Positions 36,330 through 48,807 are shown, numbered from the stretch's first letter. The stretch: 64,000 bases of DNA from Mobula hypostoma (GCF_963921235.1 NC_086097.1:65722001-65786000), one strand, 5' to 3'. Program-made: numbers and translations. Notes: a model not told the origin generated them from the letters alone.

Positions 36330-38166
36330 GTTTAGATGGTCCAGAAGTACATTACTTAAAGGGAAATTACAGGCTGCAGATTGCAGTGATAGTAGTTAAG
36401 TACAGTGTACCTTGTAGTTTTGTGAGCTGCCCGCAAAACATCGCCATAAATTGTACAAGCCATCTTGAGGGGAAAAATAACAGTGTTGCAACCAGTAAAA
36501 ATGCTCTCCTCGGTACATCAGTAGAATTTGCTAGTTTTCAGTGACATATCAGATCTCCTCAAACTCTTAATGTAGTATAGCCGCTAATAAAAATAATGAA
36601 GAATCACACCAGAACCCGTGATGGATTGCATGACAATGATATCACATCAACAGACAGAAGCTGCAAAACAAAATACTGATTGTCACATCAATAGATAATT
36701 GGATAGTGAATAAGTCGTCCATTTTGTTGACTTAGAGGGAAAAGAATTTGAAGTAAGTGAAAGTTCAAGTTTATTATCACTCAACTGTATACATGTGTAC
36801 CGTCGAATGGAACAATGTTTGTCTGGACCAAGGTGCATCCAGCACAGTAAATATACTGTAACAAATAACTCACACACAACACTAAGGTAATATTACCCCA
36901 AATAAATTAACGAATAATAAGGTGCATTTACGCCCCAAGTTAAAAAGTAAACAATATACACTACTAGTGCCTCATACGTGATGAGATCTGGGTGGTGGCA
37001 TGGAGGTCAGTACTCTCATGGCCTGGGGTGGGGTGGGGGGGGGAAGAAGCTTTTTCTTATCCAAATGGTCCTTGTCCTGATGTTATGGTGTCTCCTGAGA
37101 TCTTTTTGGACATATGAGAGGGTTTTCTGGAAGCAATTCAGAAGACACAGGATACATACATCTGAAAGAGGAAGAAGTATTCTAAAGGCAAGATGACACA
37201 ACCATGGCTAACAAGAGAAGTTAAAACAAACATAAAAGCCAAAGAGAGAGCATATAATAGTGTAAAAATTAGTGAGAAGTTCGAGGATAGCGAAGGTTTT
37301 AAAAACCAACAGCAAGCCAACTAAAAAAGTAATTAAAAGGGTAAAGTTGGAATACGAAATTAAGCTAGCTAATAATATTAAAAAGCATACCAAAAGTTTC
37401 TTCAGATACATAAAGTGTAAGAGAGAAGTGAGAGTGGATATCAGACCGCTGAAAAATTATGCTAGATAGTAATGGAGGTTGATAAAATGGTGGATGAACT
37501 GAATAAGTATTTTGCATCAGTCTTCACTGTGGAAGGCACGAGCAGTAAGATGGAAGTTCCAGGTGTCAGGGGTCATGAAGTGTGTGAAACTACCATTACT
37601 AGGGAGAAGGTTCTTGGGAAACTGAAAGGTCTGAAGATATATAAATCACCTGGACCAGATGGTGTAAACCCCAACGTTCTGAAAGAGGTGGCTGAGGAGA
37701 TTGTGGAATAGTTCTGGAAGACTGGAAAATTTGAAATATCACTCCACCCTTCAAGAAGGGAGAGAGGCAGAAGAATGGAAATTATATTCCAGTTAGTCTG
37801 ACCTTTGTGGTTGGGAAGATGGATCATTAAGGATGTGATTTTGGAGTAGCTGGTGGCACCTGATAAAATAAGCCATAGTCAGCATGGTTTCCTCAAGGGA
37901 AAATCTTGCCTGACAAATTTGTTGCAATGTTTTGAAGAAATAACAAGCAGGATAGACAACAGGTCTTCGATAAAGTGCCACACATGAGGCTGCTTAACAA
38001 GTTAAGAGCCCATGGTATTACAGGAAAGATTCTAACATGGATAAAGCAGTGCTTGATTTGCAGGAGACAAAGAGTGGGAATAGAGAGTGATTGATTTCTG
38101 GTTGGCTGCTGATGACTAGTGGTTCTCCATGGGGCTCTGTATCGAGACCGATTCTTTTTAGTTATA

Positions 38167-38254
38167 AACAACAGGAATTCTGCAGATGCTGGAAATTCAA
38201 GCAACACACATCAAAGTTGCTGGTGCGTTCACCAGCAACTTTGATGTGTGTTGC
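38167..38254. mobile_element. 88 bp fold-back PLE-derived insertion
   Basis: aagcaacacacatcaaagttgctggtg / caccagcaactttgatgtgtgttgctt hairpin; 12 bp TSD tttttagttata at 38155-38166 and 38255-38266. Confidence 0.9.
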
Positions 38255-38473
38255 TTTTTAGTTATATTTCAATGACTTGTATGACAGAATCGATGGCTTT
38301 GTTGCAAAGTTTGAAGGTGATATGAAGATAGGTGAAAGGGCAGGTAGTTTTGAGGAAGTAAAGAGGCTAAAGAAGGACTTAGACAAATTAGCAGAAAGGA
38401 CAAAGAAGTGGCAGATGGAATACAGTGTTGGGAAGTGTATGGTCATGCACTTTGGTAGAAGAAATGAAAGCGT

Positions 38474-38649
38474 AAACGCACATAAAATGCTGGCAGAACT
38501 CAGCAGGCTAGGCAGCAACTAGAGAAAAGAATACAGTTGACGTTTCAGGCCGAGACCAGTACTCTTTTATGTAGGTGTCTGCTGAGTTCCTCCAACATCC
38601 TTTGTGTGTTTCTTGGATTTCCAGCATCTGCATATTTTTCTCTTGCTTG
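38474..38649. mobile_element. Fold-back PLE-derived insertion (older subfamily)
   Basis: Arms gaactcagcag / ctgctgagttc, with a partial reversed hammerhead (gacgtttcaggccgagacc); degenerate TSD gaaatgaaag / gaagtgaaag. Confidence 0.75.
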
Positions 38650-39984
38650 GAAGTGAAAGGTTGACTATTTTCTAAATGGAGAGAAAATACAAAAAACTGA
38701 GGCATTAAGGGACATGGGAGTCCTTGTGCATGATTCCCTGAAGGTTACAGGTCGAGTCTGTGGTGAGGAAGGCAAATGCGATGTTAGCAATCATTTCAAG
38801 AGGACTAGAACATAAAAGCAAGGATGCAATGTTGAGACTTGGAGTATTATGAGCAGTTTGGGCCCTCATCTTAGAAAGGATGTGCTGAAACTGGAGAGGA
38901 TTCAAAGGAGGTTCACAAAAATAATTCCAGGATTGAACTACTTGTCATATGAAGAGTGTTTGATGGCTCTGGCTCTGTATTCACTGGATTTTGGAAGAAT
39001 GATGAGTGACCTAATTGAAAACTATCGAATGATGAAAAAGCCTTACTAGAGTGGATGTAAAGAGGACGTTTCCTATGGTGGAAGAGTCTAAGACCAGAGG
39101 ACACAACCTCAGAATAGAGGGAGTTGAGGAATTTCTTTAGCCAGAGAGTGGTGAATCTGGAATTTTTTGCCTCAGGCAGCTGTGGAGGCCAAGTCTTTAT
39201 GTATATTTAAGGCAGAGGTTGATAGATTCTTGATTGATCAGGGCATGAACGGATACAGCAGGAAGGCAGGAGTTTGGGGCAGAGAGGAGAAATAGATCAG
39301 CTATAATGAAATGGCGGAGCAGACACAATGGGCCAAATGGCCTAATTCTGCTCCTATATCTTATGGTCTTAAGGATCATTGACAATGCTAAGGGCCCTGC
39401 ATACATTGTTATCCTCTCAGCAAATCTTGCAATCCTATGTAATTGCCTTACAATTTCCATACCAGATGGTAATGCAACTCATTAGGGCACTCTCAAAGGT
39501 TTTCTTGTATAAATTGGTTTGACTGGGGAACCTCAGGAACTGGAGCTGCTGTTGTACTTCCATGGCTAAACAGGTGGTGTTGAGAGAAAGAAGTAAATAT
39601 CCAGTTGAGAAACATCCCATAATTTTTCATGAACTAAAATTCAAAAGGGACCAGTGCATTTCTTGCCGTGAAATTATACAGATCATTTCTTAATACTTCC
39701 TTTTTCTGTTAAGTTCATATATAAACTTAACGTATTCAGCACACCATGGTTGTATTTATGGAAGGTGGTCGCAATTCTTTTCAGAATCGAGTTCATTTTG
39801 CAACATGAAAGAACCTTTGTTGCTATAGTAAAAAGTCTAAGTGCCACTGTTTCTTTCAAATAAATTCATGTGTGACTGTGCTTTGCTAGATTTGTACTAA
39901 GCCATTAATTCATGTAAATTTCCACTATCACTTCCAAAACGTGCACGCAGTCCAAACTGTGCTCCTTTGCTACATTTCAATGGG

Positions 39985-40137
39985 CATTTACTGATCGGTC
40001 AGGGCATCAAAGGATATGGCAAGAAGGCAGGTGTATAGGGTTGAGTGGGATCCAGGATCAGCCATGATGGAATGGCAGAGCAGACACGATGGGCTGAATG
40101 GCCTAATTCTGCTCCTATGTCTTATGGGCTTATGGTA
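39985..40137 (+). mobile_element. CR1 3' end
   Basis: gggctgaatggcctaattctgctcctatgtcttatgggcttatgg tail. Confidence 0.8.
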
Positions 40138-40473
40138 TTGTATGTTTCCTTTCCCTACCCTGGTATATACTGCTATAGAATTATTCGAAAAAATACCTAC
40201 CTGCAATAGACTATGACTATGAAACCCATATTCACTTAACATAATAACAATTAAATTACAAGGTTAAAACTAAATATTTATTTCTTAGAAACCCCACCCC
40301 CAACTTCTTGTATCTCTATCTATTTATGAACTTGTGTAGATGAATGTAGACACATGTATACATACAGACATCAACCTACACTGTTTATAAATGTCTTTTT
40401 AGCATGTGACAGTCTCTTTTTACATAGGAAATGACATTTTTCGATAAATCTATGTTTGTTTTCATTGATGCAG

Positions 40474-41023
40474 ATTACACGCATGGATCTCAGAATATTA
40501 ATGAACAATGGATGCAGGAAAATGTTGAAGCAGCCTTTTGTAATCAGTGTATCAAGAATCTGAAAACCACCCATCATGAAAAAGATCAGGCTAAACATCT
40601 GACTTCTCAAGTTGTGGACACCAAGGACGAACCACTGCAATCCTGTCTAAAAATAATGAATGACTCTACCAAGTGCAAGAATTATACAAATAACAGCTCA
40701 AATTTATTGCAGGTAAATGAACGTGCCCATTCTTCTGAGAAATCTGAGGTGCTACCTTCTACTCCAAATTATACACAACAATTTATTCCTATTGATTCCA
40801 GTGACTTGAAAGATCAGCAAAACTATGACTTTTCTCAAACTTGTAGCTCTTCCATGAAAGGTGATGAATGTAATGCATCCAGGCATGAAACAGACACCAT
40901 GAACCCTTTGCAGAAATGTAGCACAGTAACAATCATACCTGTTTTCTCTGCATCGAATTGTCAACAAACAAATTCTAAAATGAAGTTGGATATTCAAAGT
41001 GAAATGGATAAGAACAACATAAG
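40474..41023 (+). CDS. Probable internal coding exon of unidentified host gene (Ser/Asn/Gln/Thr-rich, likely disordered)
   Basis: 550 nt stop-free in AT-rich non-TE DNA (within ORF 40431-41054); acceptor tttgttttcattgatgcag, donor AAG|gtactg; phase 1 to phase 2; no TE motifs. Confidence 0.65.
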
Positions 41024-41474
41024 GTACTGTATTTTAAGTTATTTCTTTCCATGAAGTACAATATATTGAATGAAAGCATTTTTAAAATGTAAAGATGAAT
41101 GTAATTACAGATAATTAGTACAGCTTATCATAAACTTATCATCATCTTATTTATACAACTCTCATCCTCACACAAGGAGTTGAAGAGTTTTAATCAATTT
41201 GTGCAACTTAAAATAGTGAGTACTTTGTGCCAAAAGCTACGTTCCATTCCTGAGAAGTGGTGACTTTAATAATATAACAGGTAACATTGAACAGCGTTAA
41301 AGAGTCATTGAGCATGGAAATAAGCCCTTCAATAAATGAGTCCATATCTACTTCCAGTAATCTTGTGTTGTATTCTCACAAACATGAAGAAATCTGCAGA
41401 TGCTGGAAACCCAATGCAACACACAAAAAATGCTGGAGGAACTCAGCAGGCCAGGCAGCACCTATGGAAAAAGC

Positions 41475-41931
41475 TGAAAAAGAAGGTGCACAGGGTTGTA
41501 AATTTAGTTGGCTCCATCTTGGGTACTAGCCTACAAAGTACCCAGGATATCTTCAAGGAGCGGTGTCTCAGAAAGATAGCGTCTATTATTAAGGTCCTCC
41601 AGCACCCAGGGCATGCCCTTTTCTCACTGTTACCATCAGGTAGGAGATACAGAAGCCTGAAGGCACAACTCTCAGTGATTCAGGAACAACTGCTTCCCCT
41701 TTGCCGTCCGATTCCTAAATGGGTACTGAACCCAAGAACACTAAGTCACTTTTTTAATATATATTATTTCTGTTTTTTGCATGATTTTTAATCTATTCAA
41801 TATACGTATACTGTAATTGATTTATTTATTTTTCTGATGTATTAGGTATTGTATTGAACTGCTGCTGCTAAGTTATCAAATTTCACAACATATGCTGGTG
41901 ATAATAAACCTGATTTTTATTCTGGTTCTGA
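41475..41931 (+). mobile_element. Rex1/Babar-like LINE 3' end
   Basis: HPGHALFSLLPSGRRYRSLKA; tail aataaacctgatttttattctggttctga. Confidence 0.8.
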
Positions 41932-41952
41932 AATCCTTCAACAGGGTCCTCA

Positions 41953-41990
41953 CAGAGCTGATGAAGGGTCTCAGCCTGAAATGTCCACTG
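41953..41990 (+). ncRNA. Degenerate hammerhead motif (CUGAUGA variant)
   Basis: ctgatga agggtctcagcct gaaa tgtc; cores present but stems I and III eroded. Confidence 0.45.
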
Positions 41991-42109
41991 TTTATTCTTT
42001 ATCATTGATGCTGCCTGGCTTACTGAGTGTGTACACGTTGCTGTGTTAAACTCCCCTTATTTTCATCAACTGTCAAGATGGCATTTTCACCTTTGCACTA
42101 TAGTCAATT

Positions 42110-42275
42110 CATACTGGCCAATTAACCACACCTTTGGGGTGTGGGAGAAATCAGTACTAGAAAAAAACCCATACAGTCACCAGAATGAGAAGCAACCTCT
42201 ACACATATAGTAACAATTGAATTTGTGTCACTGGAGCTGTGAGTCAGCTAACTGCGTGTGCCATTGTGACACCCC
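42110..42275 (-). mobile_element. Degenerate V-SINE-like fragment
   Basis: ctttggggtgtgggagaaa...aaacccatacagtcac resembles the copies at 47550-48220. Confidence 0.5.
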
Positions 42276-42584
42276 TGTGTCCATAAATATTAGAATTCAG
42301 ATTTTCAGTATGTCATTATGTGGAGTCATGATGCACTCCAAATGCATAAAGATTTTGAAGATTTCAGCCTATGATTTCCACAGATGCATATTATAAAATA
42401 TGGTGTGCTAGAACTCAAGCTAGTTTGTAGTATTTATGGTAATGATATCGCAGAAACTTGTAGCAGAAATTTTAGTTCTAAGATGCCTGTTTGGAAATGA
42501 CTATTTGATTGGACATAGATTAGAGACTTATAAATATTTAAAGTTTCTAAGTATTTCCTACTTTTCAGAGGAAGGTAAACCGAG

Positions 42585-44731
42585 GCACAGCGACAACTCG
42601 CGGATACCTCCTCTTATTTACCCCTCGATTGTGACCCCACTAAGGAGCACCAGGCTATTGTCTCCCACACCATCGCCGACTTTATCCGCTCAGGGGATCT
42701 CCCATCCACTGCTACCAACCTTATAGTTCCCACACCCCGCACTTCCCGTTTCTACCTCCTACCCAAGATCCACAAACCTGCCTGTCCTGGCAGAACTATT
42801 GTCTCAGCTTGCTCCTGCCCCACCGAACTTATTTCTGCGTACCTCGACAGGGTTTTATTCCCCCTTGTTCAATCCCTTCCTATCTATGTTCGTGACACTT
42901 CTCACGCTCTTAAACTTTTCGATGATTTTAAGTTCCCTGACCCCCACCGCTTTATTTTCACCATGAATGTCCAGTCTCTATGTACTTCCATCCCCCATCA
43001 GGAAGGCCTCAAAGCTCTCTGCTTCTTTTTGGATTCCAGACCCAATCAGTTCCCCTCTACCACCACTCTGCTCCATCTAGCGGAATTAGTCCTTACTCTT
43101 AATAATTTCTCTTTTGGCTTCTCCCACTTCCTCCAAACTAAAGGTGCAGCTATGGGCACCTGTATGGGTCCTAGCTATGCCTGCCTTTTTGTTGGCTTTG
43201 TGGAACAATCTATGTTCCGTGCCTATTCTAGTATCTGTCCCCCACTTTTCCTTTGCTGCATCGACGACTGCATTGGCGCTGCTTCCTGCACGCATGCTGA
43301 GCTCGTTGACTTTATTAACTTTGCCTCCGACTTTTACCCTGCCCTCAAGTTTACCTGGTCCGTTTCCGACACCGCCCTCCCCTTTCTAGATCTTTCTGTC
43401 TCTGTCTCTGGAGACAGCTTATCCACTGATGTCTACTATAAGCCTACTGACTCTCACAGCTATCTGGACTATTCCTCTTCTTACCCTGTCTCTTGCAAAA
43501 ATGCCATCCCCTTCTCGCAATTCCTCCGTCTCCGCCGCATCTGCTCTCAGGATGAGGCTTTTCATTCCAGGACGAGGGAGATGTCCTCCTTTTTTAAAGA
43601 AAGGGGCTTCCCTTCCTCCACTATCAACTCTGCTTTCAAACGCATCTCCCCCATTTCACGCACATCTGCTCTCACTCCATCCTCCTGCCACCCCACTAGG
43701 AATAGGGTTTCCCTGGTCCTCACCTACCACCCCACCAGCCTCCGGGTCCAACATATTATTCTCTGTAACTTCCGCCATCTCCAACGGGATCCCACCACTA
43801 AACACATCTTTCCCTCCCCACCTCTCTCTGCTTTCCCCAGGGATCACTCCCTGATCCCTCCCCACTGATCTCCCTCCTGGCACTTATCCTTGTAAGCGGA
43901 ACAAGTGCTACACATGCCCTTACACTTCCTCCCTTACCACCATTCAGGGCCCCAGACAGTTCTTCCAGGTGAGGCGACACTTTACCTGTGAGTCGGCTGG
44001 GGTGATATACTGCATCTGGTGCTCCTGATGTGGCCTTCTATATATTGGTGAGATCCGACGCAGACTGGGAGACCGCTTTGCTGAACACCTATGCTCTGTC
44101 CGCCAGAGAAAGCAGGATCTCCCAGTGGCCACACATTTTAATTCCACATCCCATTCCCATTCTGACATGTCTATCCACGGCCTCCTCTACTGTAAAGATG
44201 AAGCCACACTCAGGTTGGAGGAACAACACCTTATATTCCGTCTGTGTAGCCTCCAACCTGATGGCATGAACATCGACTTCTCTAACTTCCGCTAATGCCC
44301 CACCTCCCCCTCGTACCCCATCCGTTATTTATTTTTATACACACATTCTTTCTCTCACTCTCCTTTTTCTCCCTCTGTCCCTCTGACTATACCCCTTGCC
44401 CATCCTCTGGTTCCCCCCCCCCCCACCTTGTCTTTCTCCCTGGGCCTCCTGTCCCATGATCCTCTCATATCCCTTTTGCCTATCACCTGTCCAGCTCTTG
44501 GCTCCATCCCTCCTCCTCCTGTCTTCTCCTATCATTTTGGATCTCCCCCTCCCCCTCCCACTTTCAAATCTCTTACTATCTCTTCCTTCAGTTAGTCCTG
44601 ACGAAGGGTCTCGGCCTGAAACGTCGACTGTACCTCTTCCTAGAGATGCTGCCTGGCCTGCAGTGTTCACCAGCAACTCTGATGTGTGTTGCTTGAATTT
44701 CCAGCATCTGCAGAATTCCTGTTGTTTGTGA
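42585..44731 (+). mobile_element. Penelope-like element, 5'-truncated: RT + GIY-YIG + terminal repeat (disrupted)
   Basis: FYLLPKIHK upstream; ORF 42963-43868 NVQSLCTSIP, QTKGAAMGTCMGPSYA, CIDD, PFLDL, YYKPT (PLE RT); GIY-YIG region 43880-44295 with a stop; hammerhead at the 3' end. Confidence 0.95.
44593..44630 (+). ncRNA. Minimal type I hammerhead ribozyme motif (PLE-associated)
   Basis: Same 38 nt as 9249-9286. Confidence 0.8.
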
Positions 44732-44936
44732 AGGGAAACCCTACTTGTTTTGTTATAGAATTTCTATTGCAAATCTAAAATCAAAATGAATTAAATGAAG
44801 ATCTGTAAGCAGTTCTGTTAGGCACAATTAGTGTGCATTCTGCATCTTATAATTGTATTCTGTCCTCATAACTCAGCAATGAAGTATTTGATGAAAGCAC
44901 CTTGGCTTCAAGAAAACAGACTGCGAGTAGCCAGCA

Positions 44937-45720
44937 AACTTCAAAGTAAATTTATTATCTAAGCACATTTATGTCACCATCTCAAGATTCATTTTCTTGC
45001 AGGCATTCACAGTAGAACAAAAAAAATTAGAATCAATGAAAATCTACACAAAAACAAAGACTGACGAATAACCAATGTGTAAAAGGTGACAAACTGTGCA
45101 AATACAAAAATAGTAATAAGTAAGTACGTCAATAAGTAAATAGCAAGAACATGAGTCGCAGAGTCCTTGAAAGTGAATCCATACATTGTGGAATCAGTTC
45201 AGAGTTGAGGTGAGTGAAGTTATCCACAATGGTCCAGCAGCCTCACGGTTGAAAGGTTAATATCTGTTCCTGATGTGGAACTCAAGGTTCCTGTACCTCC
45301 TTCCCAATGGCAGCAACGAGATGAGAGCATGGCCTAGATGGTGGGGGTCCTTAATGATGGATGCTGCTCGTTGTAGAAAAACCTACACAAAGGAGGGTGG
45401 TGGAGAGGGCTTTGCCTGTGATGCACTAGGCTGTATTGACTTCTGTCAGCCTTTCCATTCTTGGGCATTGGTGTTTCCATACCAGGCCTTGATGCAACCA
45501 GTCAGGATACTTTCCACTGTGCATCTATAGAAGTTTGTCAGATGTTTTACATGACATACCAAACTTGTGCAAACTTATAAGAAAATTGAGGCATTTTGCA
45601 ATAGCATTTACATGCTGATCGCAGAATAGATTCTCTGATATGATAATGCTAAGGAATTGAAAGTTATTGACCCTCTCCACCTTCTATCCCCTAATGAGGA
45701 CTGGCTCATGGGTCTCCATG
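44937..45720 (-). mobile_element. Rex1/Babar- or L2-like LINE 3' fragment
   Basis: Reverse tail ttcaaagtaaatttattatc; body similar to 17570-18240 and 27640-27850. Confidence 0.7.
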
Positions 45721-46202
45721 GTCTGCGTGAAAGTACCCACCACATTCTGAACTTCAGTCAATGTCCATCCTGAACAAACTGGCTCTGTTTCAGGAGTATT
45801 GGCCCTTCATCCTTGGAGCCATTCATCTGCTCAAAGCACTTTTTGCAACAGGGACTATCCTTCCAACAGCATTTGTGGCATCTTCCACTGTGTCCTGCTC
45901 TACAGCTTCCTCCAAAAGACCCCAAACCAGGCTATGTCCATCACAAAACTCCCTCTACCCTGCTTTTTCTAGAATCTCTCCCAATCCCACCATCCCGATA
46001 GGCTGACACAACATTCCTAAGTTCAATAACATGGCTTCTTAGCTTTAGCCGAGAACAAAACATTCTACCAGCAGAACACACTGCTAAAATGAAATATCTA
46101 CAGCATTGCAGTAGAAATCTTAACCAGGGCATTACATTGCGAAAGCTGCTTTTGTGATGCTATGTGCCTGTGATCCTGCTGTGAGTAAGTTGTGCATTGA
46201 CA

Positions 46203-46297
46203 ATAAAAACAAACTGCTGGAAGAACTCAGCAGGTCAGCCAACACTTTGTATGTATTGATCCAGATTTCCACCATCTCCAGTCTCTCTTATGTTTCC
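46203..46297. mobile_element. Collapsed fold-back PLE-derived remnant
   Basis: tgctggaagaactcagcagg ... gatttccaccatct motifs. Confidence 0.5.
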
Positions 46298-47246
46298 ATA
46301 TGACAATAAATGTAACTTTGCCACTGACTGCAACATCCTTTAATTGTTCATCATTTTTGTTCTTCACATTTGTACTACTGAATTTAAAATCATGAATCAC
46401 AATGCAAGTTGCAAAAATTTCCCATACCCTTTGTCTGCTTTCTTACTCAGCTTCAACGTCCTCCCCTTTGTCTTTCAGCTTTCTTTACATGCACATTCAT
46501 CCAGCTATTAGTGATGCCCGAACCTCATTTTGAAACCTTTCCTTATTATGTAAGGAAAGCGATAGGTCACAGAGACAACTGGTAAAATTGAGTAGAGTTA
46601 AAGAATTATATAGCATGGAAAATAAATTCTCTTAAAATATTTTTCAACCATGTTTTGCATCATTTCCCGCTTTGCTTTATATTTCCTTGTATCTAGAATT
46701 CTGTAGAGTTTCTGTGACAAATTGTTTGTGTTCTTACTGAGGGATTGAAGTGTAATGAGTAATTTTATCTATCAAAATAACAATACAGCGTAGTATGCAA
46801 ATTTTGAAACTTGGGGACTAGATATTAATTTTTGCCTTTTCTCCACTTGTTACAACTAATCACAGGTCAGCTGTTACATATTCGATGAAAAATTCCAGTG
46901 GAGTTAATCTTAAGGTGTCCTGCAGTTCTATTCATACAAATACATGTTTTTAAGAGCACGGCTTTGACAGGCTAGGAAGATCATTTAATTAGTCTTCGTT
47001 AAAATAGTAAATAATCAGGGAATTCTTAAAAGAGAAGCAGAATAAAATAGTCAAAGATTACTGAAGGAAAAAGCAATATTATAATAGTTGAAAGTTTTGG
47101 CACTCCTGAGACTTTGATACTAGACTTACAGATTTTCTGTGCTTTTGGATATTACTTATACAAATGCGTAAGCATACTTTTATGTAACTTTTATGGACAA
47201 TTTATGCAGCAGTAGAATAATTTTTCATTGAACCATGTAAATTTAG

Positions 47247-47351
47247 ATGAGCGTGAAATACACAAGCAATTCGACTCAGCTCCAACCTCAGATGTACTCA
47301 TGTTTCCTAAGCCATAATATTCCAGATCCCAAACCTGGTTCTGACTACACT
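47247..47351 (+). CDS. Candidate coding exon (MSVKYTSNSTQLQPQMYSCFLSHNIPDPKPGSDYT)
   Basis: Acceptor aaatttag, donor ACT|gttagt; 105 nt, phase 0-0, open; non-TE. Confidence 0.5.
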
Positions 47352-47544
47352 GTTAGTCTACAGTACAAGCATAAGCAGCACTGTAGATCTTGGCTCTGGC
47401 TGTACACTGTGCTTACACCAAAGTTACAAGTGAGGAGATGCTGAATTATCAGCATTTTGAAACCATCAAATGCCATATTATAATAGCGTAGCTTATCAGT
47501 GAAATCACATATATATATCTTCAGAACTTGCACATTTTTAAATG

Positions 47545-47835
47545 TTTATTTATTTTATTTTTATTTAAAGATACAGCACAGAACAGGGCCTTCATGCCCA
47601 CCTACCTGCTCTGCTGAGCAGTCCACAGATTAAACCCTAGGCTAATAATAGGACAATTTACAATTAACCTACTTAACCAGTACCTCTTTGGACTGTGGTA
47701 GGAAACCATAGCACCTAGAGGGAACCCATGCACATATGGGAAGAACATACAAATTTTCCTACAGAGGACGCCGGAATTGAACTCCAAACTCTGCCCTGAA
47801 CTGTAGTAGTGTGGTATCCATATTCTGTTATCACT
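47545..47835 (-). mobile_element. V-SINE (HE1-like) copy 1
   Basis: Minus strand has B-box-like gagttcaattcc, V-domain gggttccctctaggtgct..ggtttcctaccacagtccaaag, and an A-rich tail. Confidence 0.8.
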
Positions 47836-47921
47836 CTATAAATGCCACTCAAGGACAAGTAGCATTGCACTTGAAACGAGGCTAAAATGTAGTGCAGAGC
47901 TATGGTCAGAAGGACAACAAT

Positions 47922-48220
47922 GTTTTTTTTTCTTTGAGATACAGCACAGAATAGGCCTTTTAAGCCCCTCAAGCCCTGCAGCCCCAAACACCCCCGATTC
48001 AACCCTAGCCTAATCACAGGACAATTTACAATGACCAATTAATCTATCAAACAGTACAGCTTTGGACTATGGGAGGAAACCGGAGCACCTGGAGGAAACC
48101 CATGCATTCCACAAGGAGGACATGCAAACTCCTTACAGAGGATGCCAGAATTGAACTTCTAACTCCAATGTTCTGAGCTGCATTAGCATCACACTAACCA
48201 ATATGCTACTGTGGCGCCTG
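47922..48220 (-). mobile_element. V-SINE (HE1-like) copy 2
   Basis: Minus strand ggcgccacagtagcatattggttag (A box), gttcaattc (B box), gggtttcctccaggtgctccggtttcctccc (V domain). Confidence 0.85.
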
Positions 48221-48807
48221 TTTTCAGGCAGCAAGAATGGAATTGGAACTTGAAAACAATGAGATTGGAATCCATTTCTTAAGAAGATAGCCGAAAATGT
48301 AAAAACTCTTCATATCCGACAGGAACAAAACTCTTCTCAAAAAGTAAAATTCATTACACTCCTTCACGTTTTAAATTGCAGAGGGATGGAGAGAAGAATG
48401 TCTGGCAGGATGGACCCAAATGTTGTTTGGGTAAATCATCATTTTTGGTATGATTCATTAACAAAATAATTTTTAAAATTGTAATTGAGATGTAGAACAC
48501 AACTATTAATAGAAATCTGAAACAAAAGAGAAAGGCAGTATTTGTTAAAAGGGAAAATACTGAATTAGTGTTATAGTGGATCACCCCACATCAGAACTGG
48601 TTGGTTCTGCACAGACAGAAAAGACTGACACACTTTCAATCCAGGCCAGCTGTCTGAAGGATGGTGACTCGGGATCAGAGTTCCCACTCATCTGAATGGG
48701 GATTGCTGACTTCAATATTAGATGAAAAAAGTACATTTAGATTTTTTTATATTCCATTTTTTTGAATGTTTTAGTTATCTTCAAAGATCAACTTTATCCG
48801 CCATATG

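Larger units (their letters stand above)
37100..39370 (+). mobile_element. CR1 LINE ORF2 fragment, heavily decayed, with two fold-back PLE insertions
   Basis: LNKYFASVFT, KSPGPDGV, KFEGDMKIG, LERIQRRFTKIIPG; tail ctcctatatcttatggtctt. Confidence 0.9.
41378..42042. mobile_element. Fold-back PLE-derived element split by a Rex-like LINE
   Basis: Left arm 41378-41472 (tctgcagatgctgg...gaactcagcaggccaggcagca); right arm 41932-42042 with hammerhead-like ctgatgaagggtctcagcctgaaatgtc. Confidence 0.75.

Noticed and set aside
45760..46000. Possible ancient PLE RT C-terminal remnant
   Set aside because: Similarity to 43560-43860 is too faint to support by eye.
48140..48220. tRNA gene
   Set aside because: The A/B boxes belong to a SINE head; no convincing cloverleaf.
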